A stretch of 60,522 nt of DNA, counting the filler. It is 5 parts of 5 records of this genome, joined end to end, with 100 filler letters (N's around TTAATTAATTAA, not from the genome) between each part and the next. Parts side by side here need not be neighbours in the genome. Positions count along the whole stretch, not along the records: positions 7,671 to 36,464 come from SRR31156797_5646; 4 more parts are not named here. One strand, 5' to 3'. A program made the translations under genes and the position numbers. Below are positions 9,767-19,822 of the stretch, in pieces; the stretch's first letter is position 1, and the number at the start of each line of letters is the position of its first letter. Below the pieces are notes generated by a model, which was not told the DNA's origin, ran no database searches, and worked only from the letters and a program-made list of their open reading frames with translations.

Positions 9767-10825
9767 ATGATCAGAAATAGAATAAACTTGCTTCAAACTT
9801 GCCAATGGGTTGTTTTATTTTGTTGTCTGCTCATTTTCCCGGATTCTGTCGGTGCACAGGACCTGGAAAGGGTTGTAGATTTACAGGGTACCTGGAAATT
9901 TTCTGTCGGCGACAATCACGACTGGTCTTCTGATACCTATGATGATAAGGATTGGGATTACATTTCTGTTCCGGCATCATGGGAAAGTAACGGTTTTGAT
10001 GATTATAACGGGTATGCATGGTACAGAAAGCATTTCAACGTCTCAGGTCTGGATGATGACAAAAACTATTTCCTTTTACCTGGTTTTATTGATGATGTGG
10101 ATGAAGTATATTTGAATGGCGAGTTGATTGGGAAATCCGGGATCATGCCGCCACGTGTGGTCACGGCCCATGAAACCTACCGGCAATATTATATCCCTGA
10201 AGGATTACTCAGGAGTAATCAGGAAAACCTGATTGCTGTTCGGGTTTATGACGATTTTCAGCGAGGAGGGATATATGGCGGCCCTGTTGGCGTTTATTAC
10301 AACCGCGAGGATGAGTTACTGGACATAAACCTCGCCGGGTACTGGGAATTTGAAGATTTTAAAAAGCCAGTTGATTCGATTAAAAGAATTTTTGTTCCGG
10401 GATACTGGGAAAACCAGGGTTATCCTGATCTGGACGGGTCAGCTACTTACAAGCGAACTTTCAACATTCCTGCAAAAACAAATGTAGATGAACTCATGCT
10501 TGTTATGGGTTACATCGATGATTTGGACAAGGTGTTTATTAACGGCGTTAGGGTTGGAGCCAAGGAATATCATGAAAACAATTATAAAGATGTCAGGCAC
10601 ATGGATCAAATTTTCAGAGGATATGAAATTCCGCCAGGGGCACTTAAATCGGACTCCGAAAATATCATTGAGGTCAGGGTTGTTGACAAAGGTGGCCTTG
10701 GGGGAATTTACAAGGGGCCGGTTGGGTTGGTAACCAAAGTCAACTATCAAAGGTTACTTGAAAATCATTCCAACAGTATCAATTTATTTGAAGAGTTCCT
10801 GAAAAGCATTTTCGAATGGGATTAA
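9767..10825 (+). CDS. Secreted protein with two beta-galactosidase-type jelly-roll domains
   Basis: Two repeats of L.G.W.F...VP..WE..G....G.A.Y...G.IDD.D.V..NG...VRV.D....GGI..G. Confidence 0.8.
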   Translation: MIRNRINLLQTCQWVVLFCCLLIFPDSVGAQDLERVVDLQGTWKFSVGDNHDWSSDTYDDKDWDYISVPASWESNGFDDYNGYAWYRKHFNVSGLDDDKNYFLLPGFIDDVDEVYLNGELIGKSGIMPPRVVTAHETYRQYYIPEGLLRSNQENLIAVRVYDDFQRGGIYGGPVGVYYNREDELLDINLAGYWEFEDFKKPVDSIKRIFVPGYWENQGYPDLDGSATYKRTFNIPAKTNVDELMLVMGYIDDLDKVFINGVRVGAKEYHENNYKDVRHMDQIFRGYEIPPGALKSDSENIIEVRVVDKGGLGGIYKGPVGLVTKVNYQRLLENHSNSINLFEEFLKSIFEWD

Positions 10826-11859
10826 AACACCAAAATATCGTCCGACAATTATTGGTAATACGATGGATATTTTGTGTGATGTTTACCGGTTCGCAGCTCT
10901 TTGCCCAGGAATTTGTTCCGGTGGAGCGTTTGAGCGGATATTGGAAATTTTCAATTGGAGATGATTTGCAGTGGGCCGATCCTGAATATAATGATGAAGC
11001 CTGGGAAGAGATTGCTGTTCCCGGAAGTTGGGAAGAACAGGGCTTTCATGGTTATGATGGATATGCCTGGTACCGGACTTCCGTAAAATTTCCTGAAGAA
11101 CCTGCCCACGCAAATTTTTACCTGCGCCTGGGATTTATCGATGATGTGGACCAGGTTTTTGTCAATGGAGTGAAAATTGGCCAATCCGGACAGTTCCCGC
11201 CTGATTATTCTACAGCTTTTAAATCATACCGCCTTTACATCATACCGCACAAAGTAAAATCTGATGATGGCATGTTGCATATTGCCGTTAGGGTTTTTGA
11301 TGAAGGTGGTGAAGGCGGATTTATTCATGGTGATATTGATATTGTTGCAGATATGTCATCCATAATTCCGGATGTGGATTTACAGGGTAGCTGGAAATTT
11401 GCGCTTGAAAATTGCAATAAACTGCCCGAAAAGCAGGTGTATGATTCCTGGGATGAAATCACCGTTCCGGGCACCTGGGAAGACCAGGGCTACAAAGATT
11501 ACGATGGCAAAGCCTGCTATGTGCTGGAATTTGATCTCAGTGCTCAATATGCAGCTCAAAGGATGATATTGCTCCTCGGCAGGATTGATGACCTCGACAT
11601 GGTGTATCTGAATGGCAGGTTGATTGGCCAGTCCGGGCCCTTTCGAAAAGAAACTTTTTACCTCAGGAGTGATATTTTCAGACAACAACGCGGGTACTTT
11701 ATTCCCCCCGGCCTGCTCACATCCAATGAGAAAAATGTTTTGGTGGTCCGGGTATACGACTTTGGCGGACTGGGTGGGATCTGGGATGGATCGATTGGCT
11801 TGATTACACAGGAAAACTACATCCAATACTGGCGAAATAAAAGGAATTCGTTGAGGTGA
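10816..11859 (+). CDS. Paralogous secreted protein with two jelly-roll domains
   Basis: Same duplicated motif set as the upstream gene; overlaps its stop. Confidence 0.8.
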   Translation: MGLKHQNIVRQLLVIRWIFCVMFTGSQLFAQEFVPVERLSGYWKFSIGDDLQWADPEYNDEAWEEIAVPGSWEEQGFHGYDGYAWYRTSVKFPEEPAHANFYLRLGFIDDVDQVFVNGVKIGQSGQFPPDYSTAFKSYRLYIIPHKVKSDDGMLHIAVRVFDEGGEGGFIHGDIDIVADMSSIIPDVDLQGSWKFALENCNKLPEKQVYDSWDEITVPGTWEDQGYKDYDGKACYVLEFDLSAQYAAQRMILLLGRIDDLDMVYLNGRLIGQSGPFRKETFYLRSDIFRQQRGYFIPPGLLTSNEKNVLVVRVYDFGGLGGIWDGSIGLITQENYIQYWRNKRNSLR

Positions 11860-11920
11860 TAGATGTAAAAAATTCTCAAAGATTCTTCAACCCTTAAATG
11901 TATCAAGGTTTAAACCTGAC

Positions 11921-11946
11921 CTTCGATAGTCCGAAGATCGTCGAAG
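11921..11946. terminator. Hairpin between convergent genes
   Basis: CTTCGA...TCGAAG stem; no clear U-tract. Confidence 0.3.
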
Positions 11947-12023
11947 CATCAAGAAAATGACAAAATTACAATGACATCAAGCTATTGTAAATTAATGAAT
12001 TAAGGATTTGTAAGTAAGGTATT

Positions 12024-13115
12024 TTAAATTTTGATGAAAATCTTTTTCCGGTATAAAATGAGCAACGGTATCAGCCAGAAAATAATCAACGAAAACGCCC
12101 AGGCAAATGACGCATTGACCGGGCTTAGCCAGGGAGCAAAAAGAATTTCGTACAAGTATTGATGCAAGGATTGCCCTTCCTGCAATTGGATAGCATAAAG
12201 CCCTGAAGCCATAAACCCTGAAGCCAGATAAACCGCAAGGCAGTTCGCGCCGTATGCGGTAAATGGGGTAATCCAATTTCTGCTTTTCTTCACATCCACC
12301 AACCAGTAAATTATCCCAAAGGTGCTAAGCGCCAGCCCTCCTGTGTAAAGTACATACGATGAAGTCCAAAGTGCTTTATTGATCGGGAAAACCAGGTCCC
12401 AGGCCAACCCTGCTAAAGTTAGTAATGCTCCGCCAATCATTAATCCTGAAACCTTTTGATAGTTTTCTCTCCGGCTCCTGATGAATATTCCCGCAAGCAT
12501 CCCCAAAATAGTTGTGGCAATTGAAGGTAGTGTGGATAGCAATCCTTCAGGATCTGACTTTTCCTGCCACATGTGGCCTTCCATGAGCTGAAAATCAAAC
12601 CATGCTGCCAGGTTCGTATCCGGGTTCAGGTTGGGTGAGCCATAGCCCGGAACCGGGACCATTGTCATCAGTGTCCAGTACCCCAATAAAATGATGATGG
12701 CAATGTTTCTTAAGGATTTTTCTTTGAAAAAAAGGAACAGCAGGGCGGCGAAAAGATATACTATGGCAATCCGCTGCAATACACCCGGGATGCGCATGTT
12801 GGCAAAATCGAAATGTGGAAAAAGATAAAATAGCAATCCGAGTACAAAAATCAAAACAGACCTGCGAATGATCTTCATGATGATCGCGCGACCGGGCTGA
12901 CCGGATTGCCTGCGTTTTCCCAATGCAAAAGGAATGGCCATCCCGACAATGAATAGGAAAAACGGAAATATCAGGTCGGTGGGTGTGCAGCCGTGCCAGG
13001 TGGCGTGTCTGAGCACAGGATACACATGTTCCCACGTTCCGGGATTATTCACCAGGATCATAGCCATCATGGTCAATCCCCGGAATACATCAATCGATAA
13101 AATTCTGTTTTTCAT
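12024..13115 (-). CDS. Heparan-alpha-glucosaminide N-acetyltransferase-like membrane acyltransferase (NagX/DUF5009-like)
   Basis: SIDVFRG, HATWHG...DLIFPFFLFIVG, GVLQRIA, DPEGLLST and PINKALWTSS motifs. Confidence 0.88.
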   Translation of the reverse strand: MKNRILSIDVFRGLTMMAMILVNNPGTWEHVYPVLRHATWHGCTPTDLIFPFFLFIVGMAIPFALGKRRQSGQPGRAIIMKIIRRSVLIFVLGLLFYLFPHFDFANMRIPGVLQRIAIVYLFAALLFLFFKEKSLRNIAIIILLGYWTLMTMVPVPGYGSPNLNPDTNLAAWFDFQLMEGHMWQEKSDPEGLLSTLPSIATTILGMLAGIFIRSRRENYQKVSGLMIGGALLTLAGLAWDLVFPINKALWTSSYVLYTGGLALSTFGIIYWLVDVKKSRNWITPFTAYGANCLAVYLASGFMASGLYAIQLQEGQSLHQYLYEILFAPWLSPVNASFAWAFSLIIFWLIPLLILYRKKIFIKI

Positions 13116-13148
13116 TACGTTTCTTCGATCCTAAATTGTGATCTTAAA

Positions 13149-13182
13149 CACCAATGAACCAATAACCAATTAACCAATCAAC
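13149..13182 (+). repeat. Short tandem ACCAAT repeats
   Basis: Four ACCAAT copies with 7-8-bp period in the intergenic region. Confidence 0.7.
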
Positions 13183-13192
13183 TTCCTTTTCC

Positions 13193-14830
13193 CTAAATTC
13201 CCTGTTTGTTGTTTGTGTGCTTGGTGATGAGTTTAATCCTTAAATCCTGGAACAGTTTCATCGCCTTTTCCTGCCTCTCAATGGTTAATTCTGTAATATA
13301 TTCCTTTGCCTCCTTCGGATTTTTCTTGTGCAACTTTTGATATTCTTCATCAATCTCAACCTGATCATCAAAGAAGGATTGTTCCAACGGGTCGCGGGCT
13401 TCATGTAAATCTTTCACTGCATCCTGCCACCGCAGGTAAAGCAGGTTATCCACAAAATCCACGGTCCAGCGCCACGAGTTGTTGTGGAAGACCTGGTCAT
13501 TGTAAATTTTCATACATTCGGCTACGTCGGTGATGCCGGCATACATAGGCACATAAGCGCTGGTGTAGGCGTTATCCACATAAAACCAGTAAATGCCGCC
13601 AACCTCATTGGGTAACCAGGAGCGAAGCTGGGCAATCATACCATATTCGCCACGGGCCCGGGCGGTGTTACGGCGCATATTGATATTTAACACCTTTCTC
13701 ATTTCCTTAGTTGGGAAAGGAGTTGCGATTGGACTTTTAACCATTTGGCCTTCACCGTCCGGGTAATACCAGCAAGGCGCATTTTCTTTGTCGTAGATGG
13801 TGCCTGTAAAAGTGGAGCGCTGAAAAGCCATCACATATTTCACATCAAGCTTTTTTTCTGGTTTAACCGAAAAAGGATAGATCGATAAAGGCTCAACATA
13901 TTGGATGTATTGTTCATCTCCGGCAAATGGATCGGTAGTGTAACGATCCGGCCATTCGGTGTAGTTTGGAGCTACATCGGCATAAAAGGCCCAAAAGCGT
14001 GCTGTAGCCCATTCCCTGGCAACCGGTGCATAAACTTCCTGCCAGATGAATGGCTTTCCGTCATCCGGATCGTACCATCCACGGTCGATGGCTTCCTGCA
14101 TGTAGTTGGATGATGCCCTGAAATTTTCAGGATCAGAGAGGTCAATTTCTTTGATAATACTCCAGTTGGGAATGATCAATGTCTGGTCATCAGGTACACG
14201 CTGTGCCGCCCATATTACACCTGGTTGCCCTGATCCGGGCTTCCAATCATTACCCACGCTGAATAATTCCAGCACCCAGGCTTCATTGGGATCAGCAATT
14301 ACAAGGTCCTCTGATTCACCAACACACGATGGTCTGAATCCATATTCTTCCATCAGTGAGGTGATCAGTTCCAAAGCTTCTCTGGCGGTTTTGCAACGTT
14401 GCAGCGCAAATGCCTGGGCCTGCTCCACCGACATAATTTGATTCGCGACAGACAGGTCCAGTTTAAGTTCTTCGCGCTGGCTGGTGGTGCTTTCGCCAAT
14501 GGTCAACTGATATTCGTTCATCTGCGGATATGCACTCTGGAAGTAAGTGAACGTTTCGCGAACCTGTGGAATCATTCCAAGGGTGTCGCCATAGTTTCCC
14601 AATGGCCTGCCCAGGTCTACCATCCCCCAGTAAACCGGTGTCATGGCCCCTTCCGGGAATTTTTGCCCGGGCACTACATGCACCCGGCAATCGGGTCCTG
14701 CGTCTGAATGTGAAACAATGACTGAGCCATCTGTGGTGGCGTTTTTTCCGGCTACAATTATTGTGCATGATAAAACTGATTGTACCCCAATAAAAAGGAC
14801 GGCTGAAATGATAAAAATGATTCTTTTCAT
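13193..14830 (-). CDS. Secreted C69-family dipeptidase
   Basis: Signal peptide followed by N-terminal nucleophile Cys (CTIIVAGKNATTDGS); MNEYQLTIGEST and WAAQRVPDD motifs; probable start MKRII at 14830. Confidence 0.88.
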   Translation of the reverse strand: MKRIIFIISAVLFIGVQSVLSCTIIVAGKNATTDGSVIVSHSDAGPDCRVHVVPGQKFPEGAMTPVYWGMVDLGRPLGNYGDTLGMIPQVRETFTYFQSAYPQMNEYQLTIGESTTSQREELKLDLSVANQIMSVEQAQAFALQRCKTAREALELITSLMEEYGFRPSCVGESEDLVIADPNEAWVLELFSVGNDWKPGSGQPGVIWAAQRVPDDQTLIIPNWSIIKEIDLSDPENFRASSNYMQEAIDRGWYDPDDGKPFIWQEVYAPVAREWATARFWAFYADVAPNYTEWPDRYTTDPFAGDEQYIQYVEPLSIYPFSVKPEKKLDVKYVMAFQRSTFTGTIYDKENAPCWYYPDGEGQMVKSPIATPFPTKEMRKVLNINMRRNTARARGEYGMIAQLRSWLPNEVGGIYWFYVDNAYTSAYVPMYAGITDVAECMKIYNDQVFHNNSWRWTVDFVDNLLYLRWQDAVKDLHEARDPLEQSFFDDQVEIDEEYQKLHKKNPKEAKEYITELTIERQEKAMKLFQDLRIKLITKHTNNKQGI

Positions 14831-14897
14831 ATTTTGATATTTTGAATATATTAAATACTGTTTTTTATTGTGAGTTATTTGGATCAAGCCTGATTTA

Positions 14898-15935
14898 CTA
14901 TCTAAATATAAATCCTTCCATCAAAGGATCATCCGGATCAAACCAAAATTCGTTTTTGCCTGTAAAATAAGCTGATCCGGTTACTTCCGGAATAACAGCT
15001 TGATGCTTCCCAAAGGTGGTTTCGTCAATTACTTTTACATCCATAATCGTTCCCAGGATACTTTCGATGGTGATACTGACTCCATTTTTTAACTCGCCTT
15101 TGGCAAAATGAATGGCCGCTCGTCCGCTTACGCCTGAACCTGTTGGTGAGCGGTCCACTTCTCCATCAGCAAAGATGCACACATTTCGGCTGTGATATTT
15201 TTGGTTTTTTGCTTCACCGATGAAAATCACACCATATAAAAACCCTAGATCTTCTTCAAAAGGATGCCTGATCTCAAAATTATCCATCACTGCCTTTTTA
15301 ATCTGCTTGCCAAAATCGATCAATTTTTGATAGTGACCCCCGTTTAATTTCAATCCAAGTTGATCTGCTTGCATATAGGCATAAAAAGCACCGCCAAATC
15401 CAATGTCGAAGTGTGTTTTTCCGATTTCAGGGACTTCCACACTTTCGTTTTCCATCAGCATAAACGAGGGTACATTGATAAAAGATGTTGCAGTGACCCG
15501 ACCATTTTTGACCCTCGGCTTGAGGATAACCCGGCCGGGAGGCGCATCTATTTTGATTTCCGGTTCATTTGTTTTTGCTTCAAACAATCCTGTTTCGATG
15601 AGTAACTTTCCCAATGCGATCATCGCATGGCCACACATGGTACTGTAGCCTTCGTTGTGCATAAAAAATACGCCAAAATCTCCGTCGGGAGTGGTGGGTT
15701 GGGTGAGCACAGCGCCATACATATCGGCATGGCCGCGCGGCTCAAACATTGCTCCGGTGCGAATATAATCCAGGTTTTCTTTGAAATACCGCCGTTTTTC
15801 CAGAATTGTATTTCCTTTTATTTCCGGAAGGCCGTCAACGAAAATCCGAAGCGGTTCTCCGCCCGTGTGCATCTCGATGGTTTTGATGCTGTGCCAGCTT
15901 TTCGGAGGCTGGAAATATTGTAGTTTTTGAATCAT
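14898..15935 (-). CDS. Proline racemase family; probable trans-3-hydroxy-L-proline dehydratase
   Basis: HTGGEP and EPRGH motifs; STMCGH (Cys) and DRSPTGSG (Thr in place of the second Cys). Confidence 0.85.
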   Translation of the reverse strand: MIQKLQYFQPPKSWHSIKTIEMHTGGEPLRIFVDGLPEIKGNTILEKRRYFKENLDYIRTGAMFEPRGHADMYGAVLTQPTTPDGDFGVFFMHNEGYSTMCGHAMIALGKLLIETGLFEAKTNEPEIKIDAPPGRVILKPRVKNGRVTATSFINVPSFMLMENESVEVPEIGKTHFDIGFGGAFYAYMQADQLGLKLNGGHYQKLIDFGKQIKKAVMDNFEIRHPFEEDLGFLYGVIFIGEAKNQKYHSRNVCIFADGEVDRSPTGSGVSGRAAIHFAKGELKNGVSITIESILGTIMDVKVIDETTFGKHQAVIPEVTGSAYFTGKNEFWFDPDDPLMEGFIFR

Positions 15936-15950
15936 GGATAGGCCTTTTGT

Positions 15951-16913
15951 CTAAAAATCAACATATGTTCCCACGCCAATTTGTGTTGCTTTTTCATAAA
16001 AATACTTCGCTGCAGCCAGATCAAACAATGCCATCCCCACGGCTTTGAAGATGGTAGTTCCGGATTTTGAAATCGTTTTTTTACCTGTTACAACTTTTGA
16101 AATGCAAATGACCTGATCTTTCTTAATCAATTCCTTTTTAACCGGGTTAATCACATCGCCACTTTCGTGGAAGGCATGATCTGTATCCACCACAATTTGG
16201 CCTGCACTTTTGAAGGCTTCATCGGGGATTTCCTGCATTTCCGGCTTGTAGGATCCGATGGCAACGATTTGTTTGTTTTTATATAATCCTTCCACCTCCG
16301 GCAAAACCGGTGTATTGCTGTTGGTGGCAGTGATAATCAAATCAGACTTTTGAACCAATTCTTTAACTGTGCCGGTTGCCAAAAATTGAGTCTGAGGAAA
16401 GTCTTCAGCCATTCTTGAAATGAAGTCAGTGTAAGGTTTAGGATCATCATTATAGAGGTAAACCAACTCTACAGGCCGCTCGCGCAAAATAAACTGAAGT
16501 TGGTAAAAACCCTGTGTGCCTGTCCCAACCAGGCCCATGTTTTCGATGCTTTGCCTGGCTGTATATCTTACTCCAATGCCTCCCACTGCTCCGGTTCTTA
16601 AACCGGTTAAAATCGCCCCCTCAATCATGGCAAGAGGTTTTCCTGTTTGTCCATCATTTAAAATTACAGAACCATAGATGGGTGGCAGGCCTTTTTGTGA
16701 ATTGCCAGGAAACATCGATACCAATTTGGTGGCAAAATGTTCAGATCCTATGCACGGCATCAATAATAAGGTGTTTTCCCCAAAATCCAGATGAGTACGT
16801 TGGGGCATATCAACTTCGTCATTTTCCAGAGATTTTAGACCAGTTATGATTTGGTTCACAAGTTCATTGTGGTTAATTATTTTATTTAAGTCATTTGCAC
16901 CTAAGATCAGCAT
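15951..16913 (-). CDS. Ornithine cyclodeaminase/mu-crystallin family; probable Delta1-pyrroline-2-carboxylate reductase
   Basis: LTGLRTGA, GTGTQG Rossmann and FKAVGMALFDL motifs; adjacent to the Cys/Thr dehydratase. Confidence 0.82.
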   Translation of the reverse strand: MLILGANDLNKIINHNELVNQIITGLKSLENDEVDMPQRTHLDFGENTLLLMPCIGSEHFATKLVSMFPGNSQKGLPPIYGSVILNDGQTGKPLAMIEGAILTGLRTGAVGGIGVRYTARQSIENMGLVGTGTQGFYQLQFILRERPVELVYLYNDDPKPYTDFISRMAEDFPQTQFLATGTVKELVQKSDLIITATNSNTPVLPEVEGLYKNKQIVAIGSYKPEMQEIPDEAFKSAGQIVVDTDHAFHESGDVINPVKKELIKKDQVICISKVVTGKKTISKSGTTIFKAVGMALFDLAAAKYFYEKATQIGVGTYVDF

Positions 16914-17058
16914 AGCTCAATTTAGTTTTTTAAAACAACAAAAATAAAGAAACCTGTCAGTTAAAAGATCGTTACAGGTTTGTCCTGTAAAAAGAAATTA
17001 TTCGAAAGAAAATCAAAACCTTTCAATTTCTTGAATTTAAAAAAAGTAGAATCTAAAG

Positions 17059-17089
17059 TTTGTCATTTTAAAAATTGTGCTTACTTTTG
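17059..17089 (+). promoter_or_regulatory. Bacteroidota sigmaA promoter for rpmG
   Basis: TTTG(17059-62)-N19-TACTTTTG(17082-89). Confidence 0.8.
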
Positions 17090-17120
17090 CGCCCCTGAAA
17101 AATTATTAAGGTAAACAGAA

Positions 17121-17309
17121 ATGGCAAAGAAAAGTAAAGACGCAAGGGTACAGGTTATTCTGGAATGCACTGAGCACAAGAATAGCGGACAGCCGGGGAC
17201 TTCAAGGTACATTACTACCAAAAATAAGAAGAACACCCCCGATAGGATGGAGTTGAAAAAGTACAACCCGATCCTGAAAAAAATGACAGTACACAGAGAA
17301 ATCAAATAA
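17121..17309 (+). CDS. rpmG: 50S ribosomal protein L33
   Basis: [23 protein letters not shown]. Confidence 0.97.
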   Translation: MAKKSKDARVQVILECTEHKNSGQPGTSRYITTKNKKNTPDRMELKKYNPILKKMTVHREIK

Positions 17310-17321
17310 ACATTCATAGTT

Positions 17322-17474
17322 ATGGCTAAGAAAGTAGTTGCTTCACTCCAATCAGCAGGTAAAGACTTTGCAAAGGTGATCCAGGTTGTTCGTTCAAAGA
17401 AAACCGGAGCTTACACCTTTAAAGAAGATATCGTTCCGAACGACAAAGTTCAGGAATTTATTAAGCAAAAGTAA
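17322..17474 (+). CDS. DUF4295 small protein (not in the ORF track)
   Basis: Translated by hand: MAKKVVASLQSAGKDFAKVIQVVRSKKTGAYTFKEDIVPNDKVQEFIKQK; usual position between rpmG and ftsY in Bacteroidota. Confidence 0.88.
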   Translation: MAKKVVASLQSAGKDFAKVIQVVRSKKTGAYTFKEDIVPNDKVQEFIKQK

Positions 17475-17501
17475 ATCGCATTCCCTTGAGGGATTGTATG
17501 G

Positions 17502-17535
17502 AAAGCCTTTTCCGCCAATGGGGAAGGCTTTTTTT
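17502..17535 (+). terminator. Intrinsic terminator
   Basis: AAAGCCTTTTCC-loop-GGGGAAGGCTTT followed by a T-run. Confidence 0.8.
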
Positions 17536-17564
17536 GTATGGTGATCATTTAAATATATTTCCAG

Positions 17565-18518
17565 ATGGGTATTTTCAATGTTTTCTCCAAAAAGAAAAAA
17601 GAAAAACTCGATGAAGGCCTTGAAAAGACCAAATCGAATGTTTTTTCAAAAATTTCGAAAGCGGTAGCCGGTAAATCTACGGTTGATGATGAGGTGCTTG
17701 ATAACCTCGAAGAAATTCTTGTTACCTCGGATGTTGGGGTGAGTACTACTTTGAAGATCATTGAACGAATCGAAGCACGTGTTGCCCGCGATAAATACCT
17801 TGGAACAGCTGAGCTGAACAATATCCTCAAAGAGGAGATTGCTGCCCTGCTGGAGGAAAATGACAAAGGGGAATTGCTGGGTTTTGATTTTGAAAAGCGC
17901 GAGCATCCCTATGTGATTATGGTTGTGGGTGTGAACGGTGTGGGTAAAACAACGACCATCGGAAAACTGGCGCATCAGTTTAAGCAGGCCGGAAAATCAG
18001 TGGTACTTGGTGCTTCCGATACATTCCGAGCTGCGGCGGTTGACCAGCTCACTATCTGGAGCGAAAGGGTGGGTGTGCCCATCGTAACGCAGGGCATGGG
18101 AGCCGATCCCGCTTCTGTGGCTTTCGATACCATGAAATCGGCTATTGCCAACAATAACGATGTTGCTATTATCGATACCGCCGGACGACTTCACAATAAG
18201 GTAAACCTGATGAATGAGCTCACCAAAATCAAAAAGGTGATGCAAAAAGTGATTCCTGATGCACCGCATGAGATCCTGCTCATCCTGGATGCCTCCACAG
18301 GCCAAAATGCCATCGAACAGGCCAGGCAATTCACCGCTGCCACCGAAGTGAACGCTCTGGCGCTTACCAAACTCGACGGCACAGCCAAAGGCGGTGTGGC
18401 CATTGGAATTTCGGATCAGTTTAAAATTCCGGTGAAATACATTGGCATCGGTGAACAGATGGAAGACCTCCAGATTTTCAATAAAATTGAGTTCGTCGAT
18501 TCATTATTTTCTGAATAA
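17565..18518 (+). CDS. ftsY: SRP receptor FtsY
   Basis: GVNGVGKTTT, DTFRAAA, DTAGR and TKLDGTAKGG motifs. Confidence 0.97.
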   Translation: MGIFNVFSKKKKEKLDEGLEKTKSNVFSKISKAVAGKSTVDDEVLDNLEEILVTSDVGVSTTLKIIERIEARVARDKYLGTAELNNILKEEIAALLEENDKGELLGFDFEKREHPYVIMVVGVNGVGKTTTIGKLAHQFKQAGKSVVLGASDTFRAAAVDQLTIWSERVGVPIVTQGMGADPASVAFDTMKSAIANNNDVAIIDTAGRLHNKVNLMNELTKIKKVMQKVIPDAPHEILLILDASTGQNAIEQARQFTAATEVNALALTKLDGTAKGGVAIGISDQFKIPVKYIGIGEQMEDLQIFNKIEFVDSLFSE

Positions 18519-18526
18519 TCCTGACC

Positions 18527-19822
18527 TTGACAGAACTCCAAAAAATTAATATCATCACCCTTGGTTGCTCCAAAAACCTGGTGGATTCCGAGGTTTTGAT
18601 GCATCAGCTTGAAACTGCCGGATACGTGGTGGATCACAACCCCGAAACCGTTGAAGAGGGGACAGTGATCATCAACACATGCGGATTTATTAACGATGCC
18701 AAAGAAGAATCCATCGAAACCATCCTTGATTTTGCTGAAGCTCGGAAAAACGGAGATATCGAACAGTTGTTTGTAATGGGGTGTCTTGCTCAGCGTTACC
18801 AATCGCAGCTGAAGGATGAAATCCATGAGGTGGACCGGTTTTTTGGTGTTTCGGATATTTCCAGAATTTTAAAATCCCTGAAGGTAGATCTGAAAAAAGA
18901 TCTGGTTGGCGAAAGAGCCGTAACCACCCCCGGGCATTACGCATACCTTAAAATTTCGGAGGGGTGCGACCGGACCTGTTCGTTCTGTGCCATTCCACTC
19001 ATCCGCGGAAAGCATGTTTCAAAATCGATTGATGAAATAGTCAAAGAAGCTGAATTCCTTGCAGCAAAAGGTGTGAAAGAACTGATGCTCATTGCCCAGG
19101 ATTTAACCTATTATGGACAGGACATTTATAAAAAACGCGCACTTGCTCCCTTGCTTGAAAAATTGGTTGCAGTTGATGGGATTCAATGGATCAGGTTACA
19201 TTATGGTTATCCGGCCGGATTTCCTGATGATGTGATTGAGATGATGAAGTCAAACCCCAAAATTTGCAATTACCTTGATATCCCTTTGCAACATATCAGT
19301 GACCCCATACTGAAATCGATGCGGCGTGGACATACAGGTCAGCAAACAAGGAATTTGATTCAAAAGCTCAGATATGAAATTCCTGAAATCGCCTTAAGAA
19401 CAACCCTGATTGTTGGCTATCCCGGCGAATCTGAAGCGGATTTCAATGAACTAAAGGCGTTTGTAAAAGAAGGCCGTTTTGAAAGATTGGGTGTTTTTAC
19501 CTATTCTCATGAGGAAGATACTATAGCTTATCACCTGAAGGATAATATTCCGGATGAAGTTAAGCAACAACGTGCTGATGAGCTGATGGCCATTCAGGAA
19601 AAAATCTCTTTGGAGTTAAACGAGGAAAAGGTTGGGAAAATAGTGCAGGTAATCATCGACCGGAAAGAAGGCGATTTTTGGGTGGGTAGAAGCGAGTTTG
19701 ATTCACCGGAGGTGGACCATGAAATTTTGATCACATCAGATCAAAAACTGGTTCCCGGATCATTTTATGCAGTGAAAATTACCAGTGCTGAAGCCTTTGA
19801 TTTGTTTGGAGAAATTGTTTGA
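18527..19822 (+). CDS. rimO: Ribosomal protein S12 methylthiotransferase
   Basis: LGCSKN, NTCGFI, CDRTCSFC and TRAM-domain DSPEVD motifs; follows ftsY. Confidence 0.93.
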   Translation: MTELQKINIITLGCSKNLVDSEVLMHQLETAGYVVDHNPETVEEGTVIINTCGFINDAKEESIETILDFAEARKNGDIEQLFVMGCLAQRYQSQLKDEIHEVDRFFGVSDISRILKSLKVDLKKDLVGERAVTTPGHYAYLKISEGCDRTCSFCAIPLIRGKHVSKSIDEIVKEAEFLAAKGVKELMLIAQDLTYYGQDIYKKRALAPLLEKLVAVDGIQWIRLHYGYPAGFPDDVIEMMKSNPKICNYLDIPLQHISDPILKSMRRGHTGQQTRNLIQKLRYEIPEIALRTTLIVGYPGESEADFNELKAFVKEGRFERLGVFTYSHEEDTIAYHLKDNIPDEVKQQRADELMAIQEKISLELNEEKVGKIVQVIIDRKEGDFWVGRSEFDSPEVDHEILITSDQKLVPGSFYAVKITSAEAFDLFGEIV

